From positions 1 through 64,000 of the IMG/VR virus record IMGVR_UViG_3300023314_000001: a stretch of 64,000 nucleotides of DNA; one strand, written 5' to 3'. The stretch comes from a virus. The notes under the pieces were generated by a model. It saw only the letters and a list, made by a program, of their open reading frames with translations. It was not told the origin of the DNA and searched no databases. A program made the translations under genes and the position numbers. Below, one piece after another: positions 16,584-24,284 of the stretch (the first letter of the stretch is position 1; each line of letters begins with the position of its first letter).

Positions 16584-16881
16584 TTACTTCCTCCCACTCA
16601 TAAGTTACTACTTCTTTTTGTTTAACTCGGATCAGTGATGTGTAATCAGTGTCAAAACCATCATCTTCACTCCAAATAACATTATTAGTCCTCCAAGTTC
16701 CTATATATTTTTCAAAATCTTTAATATCAGGAAAATGCTTACTATCTTCTTCTATGAATTCAATAATCTCGTCTCTATAAAAACTGCTACCTCGTCTGTG
16801 ATCCATATTCTCTTCAATAGAGAATTCTACGATATCATCAAATAATGTTGGTTCTTCTTGGTATGTTACTTTGTTTATCAT
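16576..16881 (-). CDS. hypothetical small acidic protein
   Basis: 101-aa ORF rich in D/E, with an 8-nt overlap to the downstream gene. Confidence 0.6.
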   Translation of the reverse strand: MINKVTYQEEPTLFDDIVEFSIEENMDHRRGSSFYRDEIIEFIEEDSKHFPDIKDFEKYIGTWRTNNVIWSEDDGFDTDYTSLIRVKQKEVVTYEWEEVNE

Positions 16882-16890
16882 ATTTTTTTC

Positions 16891-17325
16891 TTATTTATTT
16901 TCTTTTTTCGCGGGATTTAGATGTTTAGAATACACAGTAGCCTTGCACCAAAAATTGTAAAAATCTTCACTGATAAGACTGTCCGAACAATATATAGCCT
17001 GACTTTCATAGTATGTTAATTCTGCTTTTGAGTAGCACCAACGGATAATTTCTTTAGAATATTGATCTCCATTTTTAATGTCTTCCAGCAAAGATTTAGA
17101 ACTACCACAATAATCAGTAAATGGATAGACTCCTTTAGATTGTCCTTTCTTTATACCACTTGTATAATTAGGTTTCATTATTGTCTTTCTACCTATGTAT
17201 CTCTTATTTTTACTTAAGTTGGTTATTTCATATATAAATCCTAGAGCATTTGGCTCGCAGTCTTTAATATTTTTAACCTCTTTTCCTTTATAAAACCAAT
17301 TTATTGTTTCTTTTTTTACGGCCAT
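16891..17325 (-). CDS. GIY-YIG nuclease-domain protein (Seg-like)
   Basis: GFIYEITNLSKNKRYIGRK matches the GIY-x10-YIG motif. A downstream conserved Glu context (LTYYESQAI) is also present. Confidence 0.6.
   Translation of the reverse strand: MAVKKETINWFYKGKEVKNIKDCEPNALGFIYEITNLSKNKRYIGRKTIMKPNYTSGIKKGQSKGVYPFTDYCGSSKSLLEDIKNGDQYSKEIIRWCYSKAELTYYESQAIYCSDSLISEDFYNFWCKATVYSKHLNPAKKENK
16903..16918. repeat. GC-core dyad element TTTTTTCGCGGGATTT
   Basis: Lies in the last codons of the GIY-YIG gene, 22-37 nt upstream of the ATG at 16881. It shares the 14-mer TTTTTTCGCGGGAT with the copy at 18021. Confidence 0.6.
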
Positions 17326-17477
17326 TTTTCGTTGTATTGTTCTATATTATAACTCCATCCAAATTTTGGTAATTGCCTTTCGTAAACATATATTACTCCT
17401 CTACCTAAGTCAAAAATATATCTGTTGTAAAACCATTCTCCTCCTTTAAATTTTCGCCACCATTTAAATCTGTTCAT
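17316..17477 (-). CDS. hypothetical small protein (53 aa)
   Basis: Hand translation gives MNRFKWWRKFKGGEWFYNRYIFDLGRGVIYVYERQLPKFGWSYNIEQYNEKWP. It overlaps both neighbours by a few codons. Confidence 0.45.
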   Translation of the reverse strand: MNRFKWWRKFKGGEWFYNRYIFDLGRGVIYVYERQLPKFGWSYNIEQYNEKWP

Positions 17478-17781
17478 ACTTACCATATCTTAATTCATAC
17501 TCTTCTTTTGTGAATATTTTAAATTTCACTTTATTTATTTTATATTCTTTTTCGCCGAAACTTGTAGAATAAATATTGGCCACAGAAGAAATAAACTTAT
17601 AAGTTTCCTCAGACATAGGAATTGTCATAAATTGAGGTAGAATTGATTCTGGATTTACTGTGTCAAAGTACATTCCTCTTTTCATTTCATCCATAATTCT
17701 GTACATATCTTCTTCTGAGTGAATTTTTGGCTCAATATGTATTTGAATAGGAACTGTTTCTGTTATTGCGTAGTATTTCAT
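17464..17781 (-). CDS. hypothetical protein
   Basis: 105-aa ORF. Confidence 0.6.
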   Translation of the reverse strand: MKYYAITETVPIQIHIEPKIHSEEDMYRIMDEMKRGMYFDTVNPESILPQFMTIPMSEETYKFISSVANIYSTSFGEKEYKINKVKFKIFTKEEYELRYGKYEQI

Positions 17782-17936
17782 TTATTTTTATTTGAAATTA
17801 AGTAAGAGATTCCCATTAATACTATAACAAGAGCCGAAATCACAATACTTTCAAAGAGACTTAAGTTTCCTGCAACTTGATGAAATAATAACATTATTTG
17901 AATCAGTGTTATTAATATTATAATTAATTGTTTCAT
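17778..17936 (-). CDS. small two-helix membrane protein (52 aa)
   Basis: Hand translation gives MKQLIIILITLIQIMLLFHQVAGNLSLFESIVISALVIVLMGISYLISNKNK. It has an ATGA overlap with the downstream gene. Confidence 0.45.
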   Translation of the reverse strand: MKQLIIILITLIQIMLLFHQVAGNLSLFESIVISALVIVLMGISYLISNKNK

Positions 17937-17954
17937 TTTTGGTTATTTTTAAAA

Positions 17955-18239
17955 TTACAATGTTACTTTATTTATTCGTTCTAACTTTTCTCTTAACTGC
18001 TCTAAAACTTCTATATCATCTTTTTTCGCGGGATCAAAAACTGAAAGCAAAGAATAAGTTTTATACAAAGTAATTCCAATATTAAATTTATCATCTTCAA
18101 TATCATTTGTAATGTCATCAAATAAGTCTAAAACAATATCTGAATATGGAATCTCTGATTTATACCAAATTTCTGCTTTTAATTCTCCTATTTCTGCAAT
18201 TGTGTCTTTCATCTCTTTGTAGTATTCTAAGTATTCCAT
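17955..18239 (-). CDS. hypothetical acidic protein
   Basis: 94-aa ORF, directly adjacent to the upstream gene's stop. Confidence 0.6.
   Translation of the reverse strand: MEYLEYYKEMKDTIAEIGELKAEIWYKSEIPYSDIVLDLFDDITNDIEDDKFNIGITLYKTYSLLSVFDPAKKDDIEVLEQLREKLERINKVTL
18021..18035. repeat. GC-core dyad element TTTTTTCGCGGGATC
   Basis: Same 14-mer as at 16903, here internal to 17955..18239. Confidence 0.5.
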
Positions 18240-18686
18240 TTATCTATTATTTCTATCTCTAACTAAAGTAATATAAGAGTTAATATCTTCTCTTAAATCG
18301 GCCACATTTGTAAAATTTTCTTTGTGTGTTGTTCTTTGATTTAAGAATTCTTTATATTGTTTTGTTGCGGCGGCAAATTTTTCAGCATTACTTATAGCAG
18401 GAGCTTTATCATACATCGGCTTTTCTCCTTCACTCCAAACATATTCATCCTTTACCATAGCAACTGCTATTCTCATTTTGATAGCCGTCGCACCTTTATC
18501 TGATCGCATCTCGCTGGCATTCAACATCTTAGTGTGCCAATATCTTAAATCTGATTTTAAATCTACGAATCTATGTTGAAATTCAAGGAGGGTTTCTTTG
18601 TTATTATCCCCTGTTAAAGAAAAGTTTTTAAAATTATCTTTTATTTCATAAAACTCAGTTATAATTTCTTCAAGTGGTCTTATCAT
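18240..18686 (-). CDS. hypothetical protein (recombination-mediator candidate by position only)
   Basis: 148-aa helical ORF with a 4-nt overlap to the recombinase gene immediately upstream. Confidence 0.6.
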   Translation of the reverse strand: MIRPLEEIITEFYEIKDNFKNFSLTGDNNKETLLEFQHRFVDLKSDLRYWHTKMLNASEMRSDKGATAIKMRIAVAMVKDEYVWSEGEKPMYDKAPAISNAEKFAAATKQYKEFLNQRTTHKENFTNVADLREDINSYITLVRDRNNR

Positions 18687-19666
18687 AATTGTTGTTTTAA
18701 AAATTCAAAATCTTCTGGATTTGCTTTTAAATGCTTTATAAAGTTATCCATTCCTTGTACTTTTTGTTCTTCACTATTTACATCAGGAAAAGTTGTCCAT
18801 CCACCGCCAGATACTTTAGCTATATCTAATTCACAAAATAACTGTGCATATTCATCAACTTCATTAAATCCTCCATCATAATAAAAGTTAAGAGTAATGA
18901 CTTCTTTTGGATTATAAGGTGCTAATTTAGATTTCTTGATTCTTACATCTAATTTATGACCTATTGGATTTTTATCCTCATCTAAAATAATATCTTTTTT
19001 AGTCAGCTCTAAAATTAGATTAGACATTGTATACTGCCACATACCACGGGAAAGTTTTCTTGGATCACCCATAGAGCCTGGATCTAATTTATAACTAGTC
19101 AGTCCAATTATCGCAATATCTCTTTTTACACAGTTTCCCTCAATTATTGGCATTCTAGCTGTAAATTTACGAGCTTCTACCGCCATGTTATTATCTTCAG
19201 CTGATTTAGCCTCTACAACAGATGATACAAAAATAGGAATAGAATCTAAAACAATAACTCCAACCTCATCTGCTGTTGCTATCGCTTCAACTGTATCTAA
19301 CATATTTTCTAAATTTCTGCTTTTCTCTGGTAAAAAATATTCTTTTTTAACACCCATTCTGTCTAGGTATGATTGATCCATAGTTCCTTCGGCATCCCAA
19401 AACATACCTATTTTACCAAGCCTTTCGTTTGAATCTTTAATAGCTTTTAAAGCAATTGATGTCTTACCAGTTCCTCCATCAGCAATTATTGTATTATAAC
19501 CTCCTAAGACAAACCCCCCTCCAGTTCTATAGTCTAAATAAGGACTTCCTGTAGAAACTGTTTTTTTAATTAAATAACCTTCTTTTTTATCTTTTAATAA
19601 AGAAATTTTATCATCTTCTTTTTTATCTTTATTTAATTTTTTTAAAACATCTTGTAGACTCGCCAT
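18683..19666 (-). CDS. RecA/UvsX-family recombinase
   Basis: STGSPYLDYRTGGGF..GGYNTIIADGGTGKTS matches RecA sTGs..LD.alG.GG.p.G...E..G.e.sGKT. Walker B is VIVLDSIP. Length is 327 aa. Confidence 0.75.
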   Translation of the reverse strand: MASLQDVLKKLNKDKKEDDKISLLKDKKEGYLIKKTVSTGSPYLDYRTGGGFVLGGYNTIIADGGTGKTSIALKAIKDSNERLGKIGMFWDAEGTMDQSYLDRMGVKKEYFLPEKSRNLENMLDTVEAIATADEVGVIVLDSIPIFVSSVVEAKSAEDNNMAVEARKFTARMPIIEGNCVKRDIAIIGLTSYKLDPGSMGDPRKLSRGMWQYTMSNLILELTKKDIILDEDKNPIGHKLDVRIKKSKLAPYNPKEVITLNFYYDGGFNEVDEYAQLFCELDIAKVSGGGWTTFPDVNSEEQKVQGMDNFIKHLKANPEDFEFLKQQL

Positions 19667-20044
19667 TTATTCGTATTTATCGGTTATTTTATAATTAATT
19701 TTTTCTGTTATTTGATCTTTTATTTCTGCGAAAATTTCTTTTATTTTTGGATAAATCTTCATTTCTTTTACTTTATCAATTGACCAGCTATCAAAATTAG
19801 TGTGGCATTGTGAAGCAGAATATTGACCGCATAAATATATAATATTTAAATCATTTGTATTTATAGACTTAAAGTAAGACTTTGGTAAAACATGTGCAAT
19901 TTCAGAAACGTCCCCTTTCAACTTATTTCCACATTCTTCGCAGTATTTTGTTTTTGCAATTTCTATATGTTTTTGAAAAAATTCTGGAAAATCTTTACGT
20001 TCTTCCTTTCTTTTATCTAAAGCTTTTTTACTATATCTTTTCAT
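19667..20044 (-). CDS. HNH/NinG-like Zn-binding nuclease (start moved from 20065 to the ATG at 20044)
   Basis: CEECGNKL ... EIAHVLPKS ... LCGQ..SQCH arrangement. The track start at 20065 would overlap the tRNA 3' end (20057), whereas the in-frame ATG at 20044 (MKRYSKK) avoids it. Confidence 0.5.
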   Translation of the reverse strand: MKRYSKKALDKRKEERKDFPEFFQKHIEIAKTKYCEECGNKLKGDVSEIAHVLPKSYFKSINTNDLNIIYLCGQYSASQCHTNFDSWSIDKVKEMKIYPKIKEIFAEIKDQITEKINYKITDKYE

Positions 20045-20056
20045 ATTTTTATTTTG

Positions 20057-20130
20057 TGTCCACAACAGGGCTCGAACCTGTGACCTGATGATTATGAGTC
20101 ATCTGCTCTAACCAACTGAGCTATGTGGAC
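20057..20130 (-). tRNA. tRNA-Met (anticodon CAT; could also be a lysidine-modified Ile type)
   Basis: The 74-nt sequence GTCCACATAGCTCAGTTGGTTAGAGCAGATGACTCATAATCATCAGGTCACAGGTTCGAGCCCTGTTGTGGACA folds as a cloverleaf. It has a 7-bp acceptor stem, GCTC/GAGC D stem, GATGA/TCATC anticodon stem with loop CTCATAA, and ACAGG/CCTGT T stem with loop TTCGAGC. No CCA is encoded. G1-C72 pairs, so it is not initiator-like. Confidence 0.9.
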
Positions 20131-20178
20131 TTTAATTATGTAAATTTACAACTTTTATTTGACATACACACCTGTTTT

Positions 20179-20358
20179 TTAGTTTTTTATTTCGCGCCAA
20201 ATAAATATTGGTTCTTTAAATATATTTGTATAATCATATTTAGGATTCTTCACTGTCATCCACTTTTTATCACATCTCTTACATCTGCATCTTGTTGGTT
20301 GTGACTTTGAATCATAACTGTATTTGTGCCCTATTATTTTACAGATTAATTTTTTCAT
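20179..20358 (-). CDS. small Zn-ribbon protein (59 aa, just below the ORF-track cutoff; DUF1660-like)
   Basis: Hand translation gives MKKLICKIIGHKYSYDSKSQPTRCRCKRCDKKWMTVKNPKYDYTNIFKEPIFIWREIKN. It has an ATGA overlap with the upstream gene. Confidence 0.5.
   Translation of the reverse strand: MKKLICKIIGHKYSYDSKSQPTRCRCKRCDKKWMTVKNPKYDYTNIFKEPIFIWREIKN
20184..20207. repeat. GC-core dyad element TTTTTTATTTCGCGCCAAATAAAT
   Basis: Lies in the last codons of 20179..20358 (sense TGGCGCGAAATAAAAAACTAA), upstream of the tRNA. Confidence 0.55.
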
Positions 20359-20726
20359 TTTAATACACTTATTATTTCTTCCCTTAACTTATCGTCTTTT
20401 GTTTCTTTTTTAAGCCATAGAAGATATTTTCGGTCTAGATCTTTAATTTCTGCGAGATTTTTTCCAGAGTATTTACCAAAATTAAAAGTTATATAGACCT
20501 TTTCTTCCTTATTTAATACACTTTCTTCACGAGGTTTAAACTGTTTCTTATTTCTCTTAATATAGGCCTCAATTACTGTTCTGTATTCAGCACTGTCTGA
20601 TTCTCCGCTCGCCCACAACAATTCGTTATTTTCATTTAAATAGTAGTGAGCGAAGTTTACAAACCAATTGCTGGAAGAATCTTTAAACTGTTTTATCTGA
20701 ACCTTGTATTCTTTCTTTGTGGCCAA
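20355..20726 (-). CDS. protein with C-terminal DUF3820-like domain
   Basis: FGKYSGKNLAEIKDLDRKYLLWL matches the FGKYkGk.l.ei...d..Yl.Wl signature. Confidence 0.55.
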   Translation of the reverse strand: MATKKEYKVQIKQFKDSSSNWFVNFAHYYLNENNELLWASGESDSAEYRTVIEAYIKRNKKQFKPREESVLNKEEKVYITFNFGKYSGKNLAEIKDLDRKYLLWLKKETKDDKLREEIISVLK

Positions 20727-20728
20727 AA

Positions 20729-21220
20729 CTACCTCAATAAAGAATAAATTTTATCACATAACTCTTGATTCTCATCTTCTCCTAATGAATCAGGATCTTC
20801 ATCTAATCTTTCTTCTATATTATCTGTGAATTTAGCGATAAAACTATGATTACAGTCAACACCATTAGGATTATTTATTAAAAACTCTTTTACTTTTTTC
20901 TCATCTTTCTCAATTTCAAAAGTATCTTCGGTCATTATTCCATAAACTTCTGAATGTTTACCCCATATTTCGCCAAAGTAAACTTCTCTTCCTAAAAGTA
21001 TTTCCTTAATTTTCAATGCATTTTCTAAAGGTAGTGCCCTTCTTTCTGTTACATCTCCTCCTCTACCTTCCCAACACATTTGAAGAATAACTAATTTGTC
21101 TTCTTTAAGTTTAATTTCACTGCACTTTTCGGTGATAATCACTAAGGACAAAAACTCACCATTAATTTCAATTCCGTCTTTTTTATATTTTATGCTCATA
21201 ATTTTATAATAATGTTTCAA
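20729..21220 (-). CDS. hypothetical protein
   Basis: 163-aa ORF. Confidence 0.65.
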   Translation of the reverse strand: MKHYYKIMSIKYKKDGIEINGEFLSLVIITEKCSEIKLKEDKLVILQMCWEGRGGDVTERRALPLENALKIKEILLGREVYFGEIWGKHSEVYGIMTEDTFEIEKDEKKVKEFLINNPNGVDCNHSFIAKFTDNIEERLDEDPDSLGEDENQELCDKIYSLLR

Positions 21221-21413
21221 GTTCTGAAATAAATACTTTTCTTAAATTATACTCTTTTTCAAGATTATCAATTGACTGTTTTATATCTTCAGCGTGATTA
21301 TCCGAAAATCTGCTTAAATCTATTTGATTTAATTCATTAAGTTCATGAAAAACTTCTCCTGCTATAAGTCTGTGGTCGGATATTAATTGTTGTAATTTTT
21401 TCATATTATTCAT
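21204..21413 (-). CDS. hypothetical protein
   Basis: 69-aa helical ORF overlapping both neighbours. Confidence 0.55.
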   Translation of the reverse strand: MNNMKKLQQLISDHRLIAGEVFHELNELNQIDLSRFSDNHAEDIKQSIDNLEKEYNLRKVFISELETLL

Positions 21414-22173
21414 TTATCAATATTTTCCAATTATACATAGATTGATATACTAAAGGTTCAATCTTATCTCTCCATTGGTCAGCTAATCTTTTTATATACT
21501 TTTCTTTTTCAAATTTATACTTTTCAAAAGCCTCTTCTAAGGTTATATAAGGACTAAATGATTTAGGTTTACCTTCTAAACTTATATTAACCATAAAACA
21601 GTTATTTCTTGTATTATATACTACTCCTGTAGGTAATTGTTTATTTTTAATAACTTTTTTTACAAACACATAGTTTATAGATTTAGGAACAAAACTGCAA
21701 GTTTTAGGACTATATATCTTATTTCCTCTTACTTTTATATCTTTGTCTAAATCCCAAGAATTATCCATATATGGTTTCCAATTTTCCTCGTGCCATTTTG
21801 CAAAGTTTTGAAAACACTTCCACTCGTCGCAAACCATCACGTCTTTGTAGGTTGGAAATTTTTCTTTATACTTAGGACAATTAGTTCGTTCAAGTATAGA
21901 TTGCCATTTTTCGTAATTTTTGTTTGGCTTTCTACCTGTGTGTGCCTTGTATTTCCCTATCCCTATACACCCAACACCAAAAACGGATGGGTGAAAAGGA
22001 TTCTTGATAGACCCACTCTTAATATGTTGATAACTTAAACCAGATAAAATGGTGTTTCTTGTATCATCAAATGTAACTTGACAGTTCATTTTACCATCAT
22101 ACTTTGTAATTTTCATTGAGTATCCTTCATTACTAATATGAATCTCTCCAAGTCTATTTATAAATTTACCCAC
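21406..22173 (-). CDS. AP2-domain homing-endonuclease-like protein
   Basis: The N-terminus (SNEGYSMKITKY ... IKNPFHPSVFGVGCIGIGKY) is typical of free-standing phage endonucleases. The C-terminal LPTGVVYNTRNNCFMVNISLEGKPKSFSPYITLEEAFEKY fits an AP2/ERF-type DNA-binding domain. Confidence 0.5.
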   Translation of the reverse strand: MGKFINRLGEIHISNEGYSMKITKYDGKMNCQVTFDDTRNTILSGLSYQHIKSGSIKNPFHPSVFGVGCIGIGKYKAHTGRKPNKNYEKWQSILERTNCPKYKEKFPTYKDVMVCDEWKCFQNFAKWHEENWKPYMDNSWDLDKDIKVRGNKIYSPKTCSFVPKSINYVFVKKVIKNKQLPTGVVYNTRNNCFMVNISLEGKPKSFSPYITLEEAFEKYKFEKEKYIKRLADQWRDKIEPLVYQSMYNWKILINE

Positions 22174-22175
22174 TA

Positions 22176-22448
22176 TTATTCAGTTTTAAAATAACCACAG
22201 TAATTAAATTTCTTATGCCAATGGCAAAGATACATAAACTGGCCTTTTTCATTAACATACAAGTGTCGAGGCTTTCTTAATTTTCTAGACCTTATCACTA
22301 TTCCTTGAGATACAAGCTCTTTGAATTGCTCAAATTCACACAAATCACATACCTCTCTAATTTTTTGTACCTCGATTATTTGCTCATAAGTATATCCGTA
22401 AAACTCTAGCCTATTTTTATATTTTTCCCAATTTTCTCTAAATTCCAT
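22176..22448 (-). CDS. hypothetical protein (Cys/His-containing)
   Basis: 90-aa ORF with CDLCE ... CHWHKKFNYC. Confidence 0.55.
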   Translation of the reverse strand: MEFRENWEKYKNRLEFYGYTYEQIIEVQKIREVCDLCEFEQFKELVSQGIVIRSRKLRKPRHLYVNEKGQFMYLCHWHKKFNYCGYFKTE

Positions 22449-22602
22449 TTATAATCTTTTTTATTTATTTCTTCTATTGAATATATTTTAATTTTAAACA
22501 AATTTACAAATTATTTTTTAATTTACCTAATTTTTAAGTAATTATTTTTAGTTTTTATTCCGCCGTGGAAATTTTTAATACCATCTATATCACAGTAATA
22601 TT

Positions 22603-23535
22603 TTAACTGTTTTGATTCATCCAGAAATCAATCATATCAAACTGTAAATACTGTTTCTTTTTATAATCATTATTTACTTTAACTTCTTTTTCCGCCGAAA
22701 CCACTTCTTTAATATTATTAACTGTTGAAAAGGTAGAAACTGTTTCTTCCACTAAATATCCTTTTCTATACAATTGATTATTATCAAGCATACGTGAATT
22801 TTTAAGTTGTAAATAGTAATCGTAAGACATCTTCTCAATTTTATTGAATTGTCTTTCAGTTGTAATTAAACCTTTCTTTTTAAGCTTATTTTTCCAGTAA
22901 GATCCACTAGATTTTAAGTTTTTAATATTATTTTCCGCGCCGTGTTTCAAAACAGCAAAACCTTGAACAGATAAAACAGTTTTCTCGTTTAAAGTAAATT
23001 CTCCAAATCTTTTGCTCATAGCTTTAGCGGCCTTTAATTGTGCAGAAGTTTTTGGATCAATACCTTGTGATATTATTTCGCTTCGAGTTAGTTTTTTTCT
23101 ATATTGTTTTTGCTCTTCCAATTGTTTAGCGTGAACACGAACCAGCATTACATTAGTAGCTGTATCCGTAACATTTTTACCAATTTCAATAGGGACTAAT
23201 TTATAGCTATTGTAAAGGTCTTTAGTTTTTTGATTACCCAATAACACAAAATCCCCATTATCATCGATAAAACATAAGCCCATTTCAATTAAAACAGGTA
23301 CATATTTTTCAATAGTGTGGAGACTTAAGTTAGTTTTAGCTCTTAATAAAGAGTAACCAGAAATATTTTTATTATTTTTTGATTTATAAGAGTAATATTT
23401 AATTCCATTATCTCTATAATACTTTAAAATACTGTATACAGCAATAAGCTTATCACCTGAAAGACCAGGAAGTTCATTTCCTTTAGTCCACAAGTCAAAG
23501 TAAAGCTTAGATGCTAATCTGAATATTTTTTTCAT
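22603..23535 (-). CDS. hypothetical protein, possible winged-helix DNA-binding or replication-initiation factor (start moved to the ATG at 23535)
   Basis: The track start at 23559 is a TTG. An in-frame ATG lies 8 codons later (MKKIFRL). It is the first gene of the leftward block. Winged-helix-like segments (LIAVYSILKYY, HTIEKYVPVLIEMGLCFID) are only weak evidence. Confidence 0.6.
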   Translation of the reverse strand: MKKIFRLASKLYFDLWTKGNELPGLSGDKLIAVYSILKYYRDNGIKYYSYKSKNNKNISGYSLLRAKTNLSLHTIEKYVPVLIEMGLCFIDDNGDFVLLGNQKTKDLYNSYKLVPIEIGKNVTDTATNVMLVRVHAKQLEEQKQYRKKLTRSEIISQGIDPKTSAQLKAAKAMSKRFGEFTLNEKTVLSVQGFAVLKHGAENNIKNLKSSGSYWKNKLKKKGLITTERQFNKIEKMSYDYYLQLKNSRMLDNNQLYRKGYLVEETVSTFSTVNNIKEVVSAEKEVKVNNDYKKKQYLQFDMIDFWMNQNS

Positions 23536-23578
23536 ATTATAAAAACGCAAAAAGCCCAAATCAAACAGAACAACTAAA

Positions 23579-23655
23579 CTAGGAATCGTTGAACATATTG
23601 TTTGAAAAGGACTATTTTGTTTTCTATATTTTCTAATCTATATCAGGATTCCTAG
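23579..23655. repeat. 9-bp perfect inverted repeat CTAGGAATC / GATTCCTAG separated by 59 nt
   Basis: Arms lie at 23579-23587 and 23647-23655, inside the roughly 150-nt leader of 22603..23535. Confidence 0.7.
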
Positions 23656-23689
23656 TGCTAATATAAAACGGTATTTTTATTTCAGGGTG

Positions 23690-23720
23690 TAAATGTAGTG
23701 ATTATTTTTGACATATACAA
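23690..23720 (-). promoter_or_regulatory. promoter TTG-N20-TACATTTA for the leftward block
   Basis: The minus strand reads TTG(23720-23718)-20 nt ending AATCAC-TACATTTA(23697-23690). It shares AATCACTACATTTAC with the phoH promoter. Confidence 0.55.
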
Positions 23721-23856
23721 ATTAATTCAGTAGAAATTAGTGATGATTTTTAAAGAAGTTCTTTAGGCTTCAAAACCCCCACTTATAGTACGCCCTCTCA
23801 CGATCTACTTAATTTTAACGCAAATATACAAAATAAAAATCTAATACACAAATTAA

Positions 23857-24111
23857 TTAATTTTCATTAAAATCTTTTTCTTCGCCGCTATCGAAAACTT
23901 CGGGCTTAAAAAGAAATAAATTATAAAAGAACAGTTTAAGACTCTCAGCATAAACAGATTCACTAACATTCTTACTCTCATATTTTCTAAATAAAGAAAA
24001 AGTAAGAGCTTTAATAAATTCTATATTCTGTTCTCTATACTGAAATGAAACGTCACTATAACTGATATAATGATTCCATATACGAGAATAAAAGTCTTCG
24101 TAACTAAGCAT
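23857..24111 (-). CDS. hypothetical protein
   Basis: 84-aa ORF. TATATTTG lies on its strand at 24135-24128, 16 nt upstream of the ATG. Confidence 0.55.
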   Translation of the reverse strand: MLSYEDFYSRIWNHYISYSDVSFQYREQNIEFIKALTFSLFRKYESKNVSESVYAESLKLFFYNLFLFKPEVFDSGEEKDFNEN

Positions 24112-24259
24112 TTTCTTTTGGTTTTAAATGTGAAGCAAATATACAAAAACAGAATCAAAATAAAAAATTACTTACTTTTAGACAGCTCCCATACAAAATA
24201 TTTTTGACATACTATCTTAATAAAAAGTTAAAAGTGTAGGATATATCATTTTAATAGCC

Positions 24260-24267
24260 TAAGTTTG
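24260..24267 (+). promoter_or_regulatory. -7 box TAAGTTTG for the rightward operon
   Basis: TAAGTTTG fits TAnnTTTG, 17 nt upstream of the ATG at 24285. No clean -33 TTG at the canonical spacing. Confidence 0.4.
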
Positions 24268-24284
24268 TACTTTATTACTAGTAA

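Noticed and set aside
20045-20065. Listed start codon at 20065 for ORF 19667..20065.
   Set aside because: It would overlap the 3' end of the tRNA (20057-20130) on the same strand. The in-frame ATG at 20044 gives a sensible N-terminus.
1566-22038. Plus-strand ORFs inside the leftward block: 1566..1805, 2119..2346, 2653..2865, 7541..7762, 9938..10123, 10318..10689, 12335..12526, 13971..14174, 14229..14483, 15042..15389, 16415..16603, 19185..19376, 19882..20088 and 21790..22038.
   Set aside because: Each lies largely or wholly antisense to a longer, motif-supported or tightly packed minus-strand gene. Their products are low-complexity (S/F/L/I-rich), typical of shadow ORFs in AT-rich DNA. 19882..20088 would also run through the tRNA.
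22558-22570. TTCC-GCCGT-GGAA mini-hairpin downstream of 22603..23535 as a terminator.
   Set aside because: The stem is only 4 bp and there is no U-run on the transcribed (minus) strand. It fits the GC-core element family better than a terminator.
24204-24209. TTGACA hexamer (E. coli-type -35) in the divergent region, and similar TTGACA strings at 13972, 20159 and 23708.
   Set aside because: No appropriately spaced TATAAT-like -10 was found. The surrounding promoters fit the Bacteroidota TTG/TAnnTTTG architecture instead. On the relevant (minus) strand these strings read TGTCAA and fall inside promoter spacers.
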